DNA from: Aplysia californica
Taxonomy: Eukaryota
Reading direction: 5' to 3'
Length of the DNA stretch: 64,000 nt
Assembly (NCBI RefSeq): GCF_000002075.1
Contig: NW_004797380.1
Span: forward strand, 188,355-252,354
The position numbers and the translations under genes are program-made. The notes beneath the pieces are model-generated. The model worked only from the letters and a program-made list of their open reading frames with translations. It made no database searches and was not told the DNA's origin. Shown piece after piece: positions 1-32,759 of this stretch (positions are counted from its first letter, which is position 1; each line of letters opens with the position of its first letter).

Positions 1-1023
1 TCACCGAGGATGGGGTGATTAAAGGTTGATTTTAATTCCAACAGTTTTCTTAGCAGTTTGTGTAGACGGGAATAATGTAATAGTTATTTATTTCTGTACG
101 TACTGTATGCGTTCGTGCAAATAGACATCGAGCTAGTACTAGTGTTGCAAGGGACGTTTTAAATGGTATCTGAGGGAAGTATAAAAAATACACCTCAATC
201 CAAATACATAATTATTATGTATCTTCACTCTAGATTACTACGATAGAATCAGAAAAAAAGAAAGCAGGTCAAGATGTGAAATGTTGATACAGGTACAGAA
301 AAAAGTGTTGGTTCATACTTAAATTTAGAGCACCACTCTTGTACGCTAAGCTCTCGCCCCAATCTGGTGTACGTTTTAAAAAACCTTTCCATTTTTTGTA
401 TTAAATGACGAAAACTAATTAAAATATAGTGAACACCAAAACCAAAAATGAGCCGAGATATCCTTTGTGGTTTATTGTCATCTTTAGCTCTTCATTACTT
501 AGCCGTTATTTGCGGTTGAAATAATACTTCATTTGCTGTCCTAAACTTTAAAAAAAAACCAGGAGGGTAAAATTTTGACTATTAATTATTTTAGGAAACT
601 AAGAAATAGAATAGTATTTCTACGATTCCGACCACTGGCTAGATTCAAGGGGAGACAATGAAACTGTTTGTGATGCCAGGTGCCAACATCACACTGTGAC
701 ACTCTACCTCTCACTTAAACTCCAAGGCGATTCAGTATGAACTACTGCGTCGACTAGTCGAAGGTAAATAAAATATATTGTTGCTCAGCATTGTAATGTC
801 TTCATGATCGAGATGAAGGTTCTACATCAATACACGTCGGAGAATCGTAGTAGGCCCTAACTGTTGTTTTAGACCGGACACGGCACAGGTCAGCCTGAGG
901 AGTACGACTTTAAAAAGCAACTTAAGATTTTACTAAAAAGCAATTTTCCAGTTTGGTTAAATAAAAATCATTAATAAGTTTTAGTCATATTTGCTGGATG
1001 AGGGTAAATAAGGTCTAGGGTTA

Positions 1024-1293
1024 ACCTTATCCTGGATTCAGGTAATAAAATATAAGGTAAAGTAAGGGACCATCGTCGTCTTCGCAGGTCTCTATTTCAG
1101 TTTCACATACATACTACATACATACTATACATACATGACATATTGAATTAAGATAATAAGGCAATATAAGGAACGGGTTAGAGTTAGTGTAGCATCATTA
1201 GGGTTTATTTATTGCCCTAAAATCTTAACCCTTGCCCAAACCCTAACCCTAACCCTTATGCCTTATATGATATCATCTGAATCCAGGAAAGGT
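1024..1293. mobile_element. Foldback MITE with internal TTAGGG-like repeats
   Basis: Imperfect inverted repeat of about 40 bp (ACCTTATCCTGGATTCAG... / ...CTGAATCCAGGAAAGGT); CCCTAACCCTAACCC inside. Confidence 0.6.
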
Positions 1294-1604
1294 GAATAAA
1301 AGATGTACCAAATTACTGACAACTTTGCATATAGGGTAGCTATAGTAGAGATAGATCTAATCTAGATAGAGTAGGCTACAAGGATGCTTATTTTTTAAAA
1401 TAGAATCTAGATTATATTGTGATTTGTACGTATGATAATGATTAGATTAAGGCCGTCGTTATTCGGACTCGAGTCCGAATAACATTTTTTCACATTCGGA
1501 CTCGAGTCCGAATAAAAAAATTCTTTATTCAGACTCGATGAAAAAATGTTATTCGGACTCGGGTCCGGAAAAAAGGAAGTGTCTTCGTTCTATAGATTCG
1601 TTCA

Positions 1605-2709
1605 CAGACCTGCCACTCATCCTGATTTAATTTAGTCGGGATATCCCGATTTTTTGCCCCAAATCTCAATCCTCCCGATTTCGATCGCGTGTATCCCGAT
1701 TTCTTGTCCCAGTCTGCTGTTGTGCTGGATCTTTCTAAAAACTTACTCTGCGTTTTCCTTTATCGCGGGAAGCACCCGTCGAACTTTTTGTCTGTAGGAA
1801 CTCTGAGCACTATTTCCCGAAATATCGATGCCGCATTTAGTAGTTGACTCGCCCCAAGTAGTGTGTGATCTTTTCCCGCTCTCAGAATTCTCCTATGACA
1901 GCCTGGTAACTGTTACAATTTGGGACATTTAATAATCGATAATATTAGTAGTTCCGCTGTTACTTTCAAAACAAGCCTTGTCCGAGGTCTGGTAACTGCG
2001 CGTTCACATCAAACACTCGGACGAGCAACAGTCTTTCTAATCCTTACACAACTAGATCTACATGTAACTGTGCTGACAAGACTAACATACGACCGTTGTC
2101 GTTGCTTTAGTCTGAACACATTATGATTATGAGGGATAAGAGATTTGTTGGTACATTTGGTCGGTGGGTCGGCCGCCCTCGCTATCCTGGAAGTAGAACG
2201 ACTGTCGCTCATCCGAGTGTTTCGTGTGAACGCTCTGTTAGTTGGACCCGTAAGTAAAATTGTTTCAATCGCGCATTCGCGTCACGTGACATATTATTAT
2301 CGCCGTGTGAGTCCTGCGTGTCGGGGACCGTCTGTTGACGGGGTCAACTTAAGTTCATGTATTTCGGGACTTATTGGTAGGGGGGGGGGGGTATAGACAC
2401 TTGGACTAGGAGTGCTTGAAGCGATGCTTCAGGATTTACAAAAAAAATAATGATAACTCGTACGTACGCACGCGCTTCAGGATTTACAAAAAAAATAATG
2501 ATAACTCGTACGTACGCACGCACACACACACATACACACGCACGCAAACAAACAAAGACACACAGAGGGCATATAGGCCAAGGAATTTATGGACACCACT
2601 GGAAAATTTTTAAGTCAGCTTTGGCAGTCACCTTGGTGATATGCTGTTGATCCCGATTTTTTTCTCCCTGAGATCCTGATTTTTGAGGTTTCATAGAGTG
2701 GCAGGTCTG
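1605..2709. mobile_element. Nested non-autonomous hAT-like DNA transposon
   Basis: Perfect 14-bp TIR CAGACCTGCCACTC/GAGTGGCAGGTCTG; 6-bp TSD CGTTCA (1599-1604, 2710-2715); subterminal TCC(C/T)GATTT repeats at both ends. Confidence 0.8.
2426..2521. repeat. 48-bp tandem duplication
   Basis: GCTTCAGGATTTACAAAAAAAATAATGATAACTCGTACGTACGCACGC x2. Confidence 0.9.
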
Positions 2710-3955
2710 CGTTCAGTGCTTCCAAGTTTCCGCCATTTTTTAGTTTCCCCCACACCTTTTCTGCAGATCCGATGCCCGCCGCCTCATTGATACGCCCCCC
2801 CCACCCCCCATGTTTCCCACTTTCTTTGTTGTAAAAAAAGGTAAAATTGAAGATTAGCAAACCACCTGGCACCTGCATATTATGAGCTGTGTAAAAAAAA
2901 AAAACCGATTCGTTCAAATACACAAGCCTGTGTCATCTCGATTGTTTACCAAGGAAAAGTTGTGTTGCTGTGTAGAGCTGAGAATACGGCAACTTTTGAT
3001 TCCATACACCAGCGCACAATTCATTACGTAGATCTACGTCAAGACTAGCTTATTATTGTATAATGATCAGTTGCCGGGGGAAAAAAAAACTGACGCGTAT
3101 GGGATGTTCAACACCCGGACCGATAGATAGTCCCCCACCCCCCTCCCCGACACGCACACAGCCACACATGTGCAGATCGCCCATCCGACCCCGACACACG
3201 CTAACAAGCCATCTTTAATTGCTTCTGATGACCTCTTGACAAACATTTATTAGAAGCGCTATGAAACTTTTCAGGCCGGCCTGAAATTCATCATAAGATT
3301 AAAACTCGGCTCCTGCACAAAACGCCTTTTTGCCCGAAGTGATCCCGGTCTCTACCCAGCCTGAGGCGAGTCACGAGTGAAGCAGGACAGGAAGCTGGAG
3401 TCACGAGTCACAAGAAGTCGGAAGTGATGTCATGCTGGTCAAGAATCAGAGTTCGAATAACATTTTTTCATATTCGGACTCGAGTCCGAATAGTCACTTC
3501 GTAGATTAAAACCATGCTAGTTTATCAGTAACGCCTTCCTGTATATTTTGATCATTGCATCGTGTTCTAAAAATAGGTTGCCATATAAAATCAACTCTTT
3601 GCACTCTCACTGTCTAGCGTACTTTCTTTAACCAAAACAAAAGTATACACATCTGTGACACTCTGTCGACACTTTTGCATTACAACTAGTAGTATACTTC
3701 AGTTTTGTGCTAGTCAGTAGCATGCTTCAATTTATTAACCTTACTTTACTGTACTAAACTCAGAGGTGGGTATTTTCCAGATGAATACAGAAACCTGGAA
3801 TTCTAAAATTGTTATTGACTGCAACTTAGATTCTAGATCTACCTGACTTCAGATACGTAAAATATTGATAAATATTTTATATTTTTAGTCTCTTTGAGCA
3901 CATGTGTATGCATGTGTACATGTATCTTTGTGTTGATGATTACCAAGAAAGATTT

Positions 3956-4480
3956 GAGGGCTCTCGTGGCCTAGAGGTTAAGGAGTTTGACTCTCATTTA
4001 ATAGGTCCCGGGTTCGAATTCGGATAGTGACGTACATTAATTTGTTGTATTTACAATTGTCTCCTTTCACCTCCTTTCCTTCTCAAGCAATGTTCTGTCG
4101 TTTGCTTTTGTCTCCACTTTCTTCCCCCACCCCTCACCACCTTTGCCCCCTCATGGGCTCCTGACTCTTTCTGCAGCCTTTCCACTGCTACTCCTTGGCT
4201 CCCTCTTACTGCTGTCTTTCAACCACACCCCTGATCTTATGGTAGGACTAGCCTTCTCAGATAAGGGCAAAAAATCTCTGAGATCCTGTTTGCAGGTTGC
4301 GTACGTTAAAGATCCCTTGGTGGTCCAAAATTGATTGCAAATGAGAGTAGGCTTTGGCTGCCACCAAGGCAAATTCAAAATTCCTACCTACTGAAAATGT
4401 TTAATGTGTCCCGCACGCTCATATGACCTTATGCAGTTGTGAGTGCTGTAAAACCTTACAAAATAAAACAAAAACAAAAT
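3956..4480 (+). mobile_element. tRNA-derived SINE (copy 1)
   Basis: Pol III A box TGGCCTAGAGG (3967), B box GGTTCGAATT (4011), A-rich tail; full-length homology to the inverted copy at 7141-7649. Confidence 0.85.
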
Positions 4481-5525
4481 ACGAGATTTATGCAAATGAT
4501 CCATAAATTATTAGTCCCTGCACACATCCATTTCATCTATTTTCACAGAGTCCAAAAAGTTTCAAGATTTTTTTTCATACTAGAGTAGAGGAGGTAGTCT
4601 GCGCTACCCTAAGCATAAAAAGTGACCTTGCCAGTCCCTGGTGAGAGGGGAGTTAACCGCACAATAACTAATGAGAAGCAAATTTTGTCCCCTATCATCG
4701 GCCCAGCGCTCTATGCCTGCTTCGTTTGCCTGTCTCCCTCAGTAGTGGTATTTGTGAGGCAAAGTGAGGGCGGGTGTGTACGACAATCAGCTGGGATGTG
4801 CGTTACTGCTTGAGGGTGGCGCGTTTTAAGGAGGGGCTGCGCGCTAGGATAGGACGGGTCTTGCTACATGCCCTAATAAAGTCTTATTATGAATCTTGTA
4901 GGCTAACGTATGATTTTCTAACCACAAAGGAAGAAATATTCTTACAAATTACACAAGAGATAAGTTACAAGTGGCACTCAATTTTTATGTATCATTATAT
5001 TAAAATGAAATTATATTGTTTTGGGGGGGTGGTTTCAGTAGCTTGCCAAGCAGAATGCAAGAAAGAAACAGGCTTCAGTAACTCTTGTTTGCAGCTGAGA
5101 CAAAAATGGTGCAACGGTTCAGCAATGGCCTCCCAAGTAGGAGCATACATCCTCCTTCTGGGTAACTATAAATTACTTCTCTTTGAAAACACATAGGTTA
5201 TTGGAGTTTCTTAAAAGGATATTTGTTAAAGCCATTACGGAAATTTCTTTTTGTACACGTGGAAATCATTTCTGAAGCTTTAAAAAAAAAGTATTTTTCA
5301 TGAATTATAAAACGATGTGTAAAAAATTATGTATACATAGTTGTAATTTCCTTCTGAAAAAGTTCTCAGGTGATTTCATTTTCCTGACTAATTGAAAGAT
5401 TGAGGGGTAAATATAGGAACTCTATCAAGTGCTGAGTATTATAAGTATCGTGGAGAATTTTTCATACTTTTGGCTGTTCCATAGCCATTTTAGAAGTCGA
5501 TGCAGAAAGAAGATATATATTTTAA

Positions 5526-24999
<19,474 letters not shown>

Positions 25000-27624
25000 T
25001 TTATGAACTTATTAGCCTTCTGTGTGAACTCCTGCTGAGTGAAGACTGTCTCAAAAGTTGAGGAGTGTGTACAGGCTTGTGTTTGGACTATGGCAGTGAT
25101 AGTGATATAATTGGTGTTGGGATACTTTTTCTTTGTTTTGTACATGAAAAACAGCATGAATGAGCAAAAGTAGTTTCTATGCTTCCTCATTTAGAAAGGC
25201 AAAGTAGGACGAACATACTTATTGGCTTTTCTGTTGTTCGGGAAACACAGAATGATGTGCGGTATCCCTCTTCCCTGTCTTTCTCATTCTTTATTCTGGC
25301 TTGTGTTATGTATGTCCATTTACATTTCATTAGCTTACTGTTGAGATACTGTATGGTGGAAATTCTATCTCTCTTTTTTTTTCTTATTTAATACTCTTTT
25401 TCACAGACAAATTTTGTGAAGTTTTGGAGATCAAATTCAGAGTCAAGTGTGCTGGGAACTGTGAAAGATTCAGTGATATCTGAATTAGAATTCAATATGT
25501 CGTAAGAGACGTTCGAAGGCAGTCATTGTGTGAATGCTAAAGGTTGATAGGAGATCTGAGTAAAAAAATACCCTTTGTGTATAGCAAACAAATTATTGTG
25601 ATTTCTTCATATCATATTGCTATTGTAAAATGTATTTTTTTCTTTAAAATGCTTTTGTTCTGTATTTTACTTTTCAGGAAGAGAAACATATATTATATTT
25701 TGAAGCTGAAATCTGAATTGTTTCAATGTCATATGTGCCCATTTCATCAATGTTATGTTCTATTTTAGGGTGTATAAAGATAGAAAATGACAGCGTAAAA
25801 ATGTTGAAAGGTGAAGGTGGACAAGTTTTGAAAAAATGTGTCATGTTTAAATTCTGTTCAAAAACGCCTGCTTATTTTACAGTTCAGATTTCTTTCTTTT
25901 TTTGAGGAAATTAGCTGTTCCCATACAGCCGCACACAGGATTACTTTACCATGAAGGGTAATGTTAGATAGTCAATGGCCTCCCAGTTTAAAAACAGTCG
26001 GGCTTTGATTAAAAAGCAGTGGGACTAATGGCTGTACTATGTCCAATGTTGGGTCCCTGAAAAAGTCAGGATAACTGTGCACTTAGACCAAAGATCCGTG
26101 ACCGTCCATCACACGGGCACACCAATTCAATTCTTATATCTCGCTTGTTAGTGTTCAGACTGAAGTTATGTCTCCACACATTAAAGGGAGTTGATAGATT
26201 AACGGTCTCAAGTCCATCTTGTTTGCTCTACAGCGGTTATAAAATTTCTTCCATCAAGTTCTGTAAATTAGGGCAAGTCGAGCCAGGCTAATTTTTCAAA
26301 CACAATTTTTGTTGAAATGGTTAAATCTGAAATCATATACATACTCTTGGTCAAATTTTGTTGTGAAAACATACTAAATATTATAGATTCCTGAGAAAAT
26401 ACAAAAATAGACCAGCAATATGGCTTCAGTTTGCTCCTGGTGAAAAGGCACTCTGATAAAAAGACACATGTTGTGGTATGAATATGAGGTCCCTAGTCAG
26501 TTACCATCACTTAAACGGACGGACAGACACAGGCTTTTTGTCTGAATGTGCCTTAAGCCATTTCTACAGACTTTTTCAGCCTCAAGGAAATCTACTTTGT
26601 GTGTAAATCTATGCATGTACCTGTGACCTGACAATCAAAAAGGAATGATTAATTGTCTAAAGTTCAGTTGGACGCAATCGTGTTGTTGCAATTTACAGTA
26701 TGTGATTCACAGTTGTGTTAAGTCTGTTTTATGTGTGTTTAATGAAAGAGGGGAATTGGTGGACTCTGTCTACTCTTCACCTCATGATAAGAATCATGTA
26801 AAACTGGGAAGCCATAGATGTCTAATTTGTGTAACCTGTTTTGGTCATTACTCTTTCTTTGGCAGTAAATAGGTCTGAGTTTGGCAGCTGTTATGCTTTT
26901 AAGCAATGACAAATGGCATTTTGATAAGTTAAAACAGGGTTTATAAGTGCTGGTGGCAAGAATGGTACTCTTTTCCATTTAATGCTCCGCATTGAAAAAT
27001 CTTGCGGGGGGGGGGGGGGGGATGCTGTATGTTGTCATAATGCTAAAGTACTTGTGATCTTGCTCTCAACTTACCCATCTTTGTTTAAATCACTAATACT
27101 TTCAGTAATTTGTGACATGTTATGAAACATTATTTTTCTCACTGTGTATCAGTATATTCATTGTAAATTTTTCTTCGCTCAGAATAGAAAAAGGTACATG
27201 TTTATTGTTTCTTTTTGACAATACCTCTCTTGCAGTTTAATGAATACATGTCAATGCCCTGGACGTTAACACTTAGAATAATACTCTAACTGGTGGGTCT
27301 AAACATGCGTTTGACTATATTTTTGTCAGAAGTACTGTTGGATTTGGTCAGATAGTGCACTGTTATGTTTAAAGAGCAGTAAGCAAAGATATATTCTTTA
27401 TGGAAAGCTCATTGTAGGGGAACTTTTTATCTTTTTTGGTTTAGTCAAGGATGTGTCTTAGTTCATATTATAAAGCCATGTGAGCTTTTGGTTAGAGGGG
27501 TTCTTGGCTATAAGTTTACACTTTGACTTATGATTTAACCAGTGTAGTGTGATATGGGTGGCCATTAGCCTTGAATATAAAGACAGCTTTTTATTCTGCT
27601 CAGAAATGAACATCGACAGAAAAA

Positions 27625-29184
27625 AACTCGCACAAAAAGTCAAGGAACAAAAATTCAAAGAAAGATAACTGAAGAACAGTTTATTCATTTTTTCAAAAAA
27701 AGATGCTTTCGACTCTCTAGATTAAGTGTGTACAATTTCAGATTTCAACAACAACGAGAAGTTCATGTAAAATGAGTTTAAGTCACACTGGTCGGATTTC
27801 AAAAGTCTGAACAGCTATAATTCTTCATGAACATTGTCAATAGTGGGTGTAGCCTCTCCGTTTGATCAAACACTTGGCACAGCGTCGACGCATGGACAGG
27901 ACATGCCTTCCGAGAACTTGCTGCGGTAGGTTTTGCCACTCCTGGTTGAAGCAGCCCAAGAGTTGTTACAGGTTTTGTGCAGGAGGGTGTTTGACCCTTA
28001 TCCATCGGTCAATGTGATCCCAAATGTTCTCTCTTGGGTTCAAATCCGGACTACAAGCTGGTCAGTCCATGCGAGTGACAGCTCGCTGCTGCAGGGAGTC
28101 CCCCACGATGCGTGCACGATGTGGCGTGGCGTTGTCGATCTGCAGTACAGCCTAGGGTCCTATCTGCTGTAGGAGAGGAACAGCAAGGGGACGTAGGATT
28201 TCCTCCCTGTACCTTGCCGCGGTCAAATTGACCTGTAAAATATGGTACAGAAGCCTCCCCACACCAGAACGGACCCTCCGTCGTAGGGCACCACCTCCTG
28301 GATGCAGCCAGGGTGGAACAGCTCTTCTCGGCGCCTCCAGACGTGAGCTCGCCTGTCTGGATGCAACAGGTTGAATCTGGATTTGTCAGAGAAGACTACC
28401 TGGTCCCACTGACATTGTGTCCACTATGAATGCCGAGCAAACCACACCCGGTGAGCTGCTTTGTGGGGAGGCGTGTGCCTTGGGCGCCTGGCAGGGACAC
28501 GAGAAGCGAACCTGGTTCTACGACTACGGTTCCTTACCGTCTCCTCGCTCTCGTGAACTGACTGTCACCCATAGTTGGTCCCGGATGCCGTTCGCAGTGA
28601 TGTTTCATGATGTCACAGCCTGTCTGACAATGAACCGGTCGATGCTGTCGTTGGTTGAACGGGGCGGCCCTGGTCGAGGCCTGTCCTGGACCCTTCTGGT
28701 TGCTCGCCATCGTTCTTGCAGCCTCTATATGACTGATGGGGACAACCCAAGTTGATGTGCAACGACTGGGAACTTGGAGCCAAGCAAGGGCTCGTCCTCT
28801 GTCGATATCAGGCAGCGAGCGTTGTTGGACCATCGTGTTGTAATGAAACATGGCTGAAAAACGCTGGCTTATAAAGGGTTGTAAGTGAGCAATATTCACA
28901 GCTAAGACATATGTTTAGCACGTGCCAAGCTTAGTTTTTGCTAACAGTCCCTATGCCCATGTTGCTGAGTCTGAGAAATCTAGCCCATTTATTATGCTTT
29001 TCGGCTTTGTTTCAGAATACCCTGCACCGTCGTTGTGAAGCTGATGCGGGCAAATTTGCCGTACAGGCAAACTGTCTAGTCGTCAGTGCGTGTGCCAAGT
29101 TTGGTTTAACGGGTTTGTGAGATATTGAAGTTTAAATTTGACAAATGAAAATACAAGTTGTTCCTTGACTTTTTTGGGCAAGTT
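27625..29184 (-). mobile_element. Tc1-family (DD34E-type) transposon with decayed transposase
   Basis: About 26-bp TIR AACT(C/T)GC.CAAAAAGTCAAGGAACAA. Minus-strand remnants: MVQQRSLPDIDRGRALAWLQ, WDQVVFSDKSRF, GGSVLVWGG, DNATPH, SPDLNPRENIW; stops and frameshifts present. Confidence 0.9.
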
Positions 29185-31647
29185 TAGCTATCAAAATTTT
29201 TATTAAGAATTGATTTGCTTTTGCTTTTGAGAACCCACTAGGAAAAGATCACATTTATTATTGCAAGTCTCTGCCTTGTGAGCTGTTTTGCTTTGGTGCT
29301 TCCTGTATATGGCCATATTGTCCAGTGATTAATTATTAATAAGATAGAAGTTACTTGTTCATGTAGATAATAATAGTGTGTTGAAAAGAGATTTGTGTAT
29401 TTGTAATTGTTCATATTTGTAAAATGATTTGCAATAAGGTGACTGAACCTTTGAAAAGTACAAATGTGTTCTTGTGATAGAAATTCATTTTCTTGTTACG
29501 TTTGCATCATAAATGAAAGTGTCAGTTCGGTAAACTGTTAATATTGAGTAAGGACAGGTATGTTATACTCGTGTCTTGTATACCAATCCTATTCAAAAGT
29601 AACCTTGAAAACTTCGCAAGTACCCACAGCTATGTCTTTGACTGTTGGATAATTGTAAGATTGATGTTCAACTTACTTGTCAACTGTATATTCTTCTTTG
29701 GTCCTTGCTAAGAGAACTATAATCATTGGTTTAATGATTTTGATCTCCGCCCTGCACTTTAATTATGTACATTCATTCCCTCAATGGAAGGAATTTTATC
29801 AAGTGTCTCGTTCTTTCTGCTCAGGATCAAAGCACCCACCGTTTACATGATCAATACTATAGTGTGTTGTTGAGGTGGTAGAACTTTTACAATCATGCCT
29901 AGAGGAGTGCAGTGTATTAGATTAGGTGTTTAAAAATGTATGAGACGTCGCTTTTAGCTGTTTTACAGAAATATTTTTATTGGGAACACTGTTGTCTGTG
30001 TCATATGAAATCTGATCATTTTCAGTATTTGGTCTGAGGATGTTGTTGTAAGCTTGAACGAGATCTGGTTTCTAGAATGCTCTTCTTTTAATCATTTAAT
30101 ATGACAGATTGCAATTGAATTGCTGACGACCTTTCTACATTGCATCTTAGTTTCTCTTAGGGTAGGATAACAAAATTTTTTAATTTCCTTAACAGAATTT
30201 ACACTGACTGCCATGATATAAAGAGATGGATATGTCATACTCTTACTCCTACTGAATTGTACAAGATACTCATATTAATTTTGTTGACATATTTTTTGTA
30301 CAGATTTTATGAGGACCAAAGATTTGCTTCCTAACACACAATTTGAACTGTAATGATAAATTTATTTAAAGACAAATGCTGCCCTTGATTTTCATGTAAT
30401 GTTGTTCCTAGAACCATGATTTGTGTAAAGATCAATGTTCACATTGCTGTCTTTGAACAGAATACATGCATTAGGTCTTTTCTTTCACACATGAACAAGT
30501 TGATATTTGTATACTACATATCGTAGCTGTCACATGAAAAATGAAAATTACTCACCCTGTAATGCTTTTTCTAGCGACAACAGCTATATGAGTATATTGA
30601 TTTTTAGGTTATCTGAATGGCTCTCTGGAGTTATACTAACTTTATGTTGTATACTTCTATATTTTCTTTCTCCTCTAACATGTGTGATTGAGATTTTGTT
30701 TTTTAAATGTGTGCTTCCTGCCTGAACAGAATAAAAATGTCATTTGTATAAATGCCTACTTATGGGAACGTTTTGTTCTCAATATTGTTAACAGACATGA
30801 ATGGAGTTTTTTCAAGGTTTGTTTGTTAGTATCAATATCTTGTTTTAGTTTGTTATTTTTTTTTGTTTTGTGTTTTCACTTTTCAGACATTAATACTTAA
30901 TAAAACCTTGTTTTCTTCTTACTCTTTTTCAATCCCACATGAAATTGCTCACCTAGAAAAGTGAATTCCCCTTGTAGGTTAACTTTCTACTCCCACTGGT
31001 CAGTATGGTATGGCAATGTGGAAGATTGGAAGGAGAGGGGGGGGGGGGGGGGGGGGGGGGGGGGTCCAGTGAAACAGAGAAACGTATATGTTAAAATGAT
31101 TGATTACAGACTGTGTTTTTCTACTCTGTACATGAAATTTAGAGCAAGCAATTTATGTGAATTGCTCTTGTGTCAACACTGCAACTAATTAATTTGGACT
31201 GAGAGTACACATTAGTGACTGGCAGTTCAGTGAGTGACTGGCTAGCCACGACCATGACTGACATCTTTGTAAGAAAAATTGTAGCCGTCTTTAGAATTGA
31301 AACAATTTTGTTCTGACAAAAGAACTAAGAAATTGTTAACCTTAGTCTGGGAAATGTTTTGTGAACCTGGAAACATGGGTTTGATTTACTGAAAGATGGA
31401 CAGGTTTTCTTAAAGGCATTTGTAAGTATTCGCTTTGCTTGAGGTAAAGGAGTCCTACTGGGAGACAAGTTCACTCATCAGTGGTCACCAAGGTGTTGAA
31501 CTAAGATATTGATCAAGATTTATGCATATTTATTTTTATTAGTTATAACTTATTAGTCCATTGTGTTGTTTTGAAATGTTTATTGCTGTGACAAAGAACT
31601 TAACTAGTTGTGGTAGAATGAACAATTTCAAGTATGTTATCATAATT

Positions 31648-32371
31648 GTGAGGCTTCATGGTGAAATCAAGCGCTCGTCAAAATAATGAAATCCCGGAAA
31701 TTTGCATTTTTCGGCCAGTTTGGGCATTTTTTTCGAATTTTTGTTTTTTGGCTCAACATTCAAAAACACTTTCATGTGTGGATTTTATGGACAAACGTTA
31801 ATTAAAGGCACAAAAAATGTAAATTTGCAGTTTCCAAGGACTCTAAACCCATTTCCACCTGAGTTGCGCCCATGAGCAGATACACCCACCTGGCCTGCCT
31901 CCACCACACCCGCAAATTTAGGTACCCACTCTAAAACTACAACAACTTTCCCTCCAAACAGCTATAAGATTAGTGGGCACTAAGCGTACGGAAGTGCATG
32001 AAGGCTTACTCTAAAGTAGTTTTAATTAAAACTTGGTAACGGTGGACTGGAGCAAGTTTTATAGAGACATAGAGGGATTCGAATTTTCTCGTAGTCAGGT
32101 GGCTGCCTGGATACAAGTATTCTCGTAGGCCGTCAGCAGTGAGTTATGCTATGGAAGTCACCAAACTTTGGCAGCCAGTTTCTCGCTAATTTTACCTCTG
32201 AAACCAGGCGACCCTGACCTTCTTCAATCGCAAATATTTTGACTTCTATTCAACATAGATGGATTTTTTTTCACCAAAAGGAAGGCAAATGAACAGTTAA
32301 GATGACACCGATAACTCCATATATGGATGCCCAAAAATTGACGAACGCCTGATTCCACTACGTCATGACAC
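31648..32371. mobile_element. Non-autonomous TIR element with AATT TSD (Sola1-like)
   Basis: Imperfect TIR GTG...GTGAAATCAAGCGCTCGTCAA / TTGACGAACGCCTGATTCCAC...CAC; AATT on both sides. Confidence 0.6.
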
Positions 32372-32759
32372 AATTATAGTTACAGCATCTAGGAAAAGGA
32401 TCTGTATGACTGTCAGTTAGAGACTATCCCCCCAGAAAAAAATTGCTAGGGCAATAACTGGTCATAGCATTAGAAAGGCAAAACTGTTTTTTGTGAGTTT
32501 TGTTTGTTTGTTTTCCTGGGGGCCTCTTGTCTAGCTGCTGGATGAATTTGATGTGGGGTTTCTGAAGCTCTAGGCTATACACTTCTATCCTCCTATGGTA
32601 TGAGTCATGAATATGAGGCTAGCGGTGAATTCATTGATAGCTATCAAAACAGTCTTTGGAGAATAACTCAAAAACTTGTTATGGTCGTTGTTGGTTAGAT
32701 GGAAATTAGATCCAAATTTAGGCAACAGGACTGTACTTATGAAAAACTTTGAAATTAAG

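Larger units (their letters stand above)
1451..3501. mobile_element. Non-autonomous element with palindromic subterminal repeats, flanked by the direct repeat TAGATTAA
   Basis: Palindrome ATTCGGACTCGAGTCCGAAT occurs in several copies at both ends; TAGATTAA at 1443-1450 and 3502-3509. Confidence 0.6.

Noticed and set aside
640-770. Possible SLC30A5 first exon (ATG at 658, donor AAG/GTAAAT at 763)
   Set aside because: The ATG frame stops after 13 codons, and the frame needed for the phase-2 join to 5615 has TGA at 738-740. Exon 1 is probably upstream of the window.
1458-1570. CRISPR-like array of palindromic repeats
   Set aside because: Eukaryotic intron context, short and self-similar spacers, no cas genes; better explained as transposon subterminal repeats.
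3956-4032. tRNA gene
   Set aside because: Has A and B boxes but no intact cloverleaf, and it continues into a repeated SINE body.
4774-5196. 140-aa ORF and the other 60-125 aa intronic or intergenic ORFs in the track
   Set aside because: Mostly non-ATG starts, low-complexity or repeat-derived, with no splice support or recognisable motifs.
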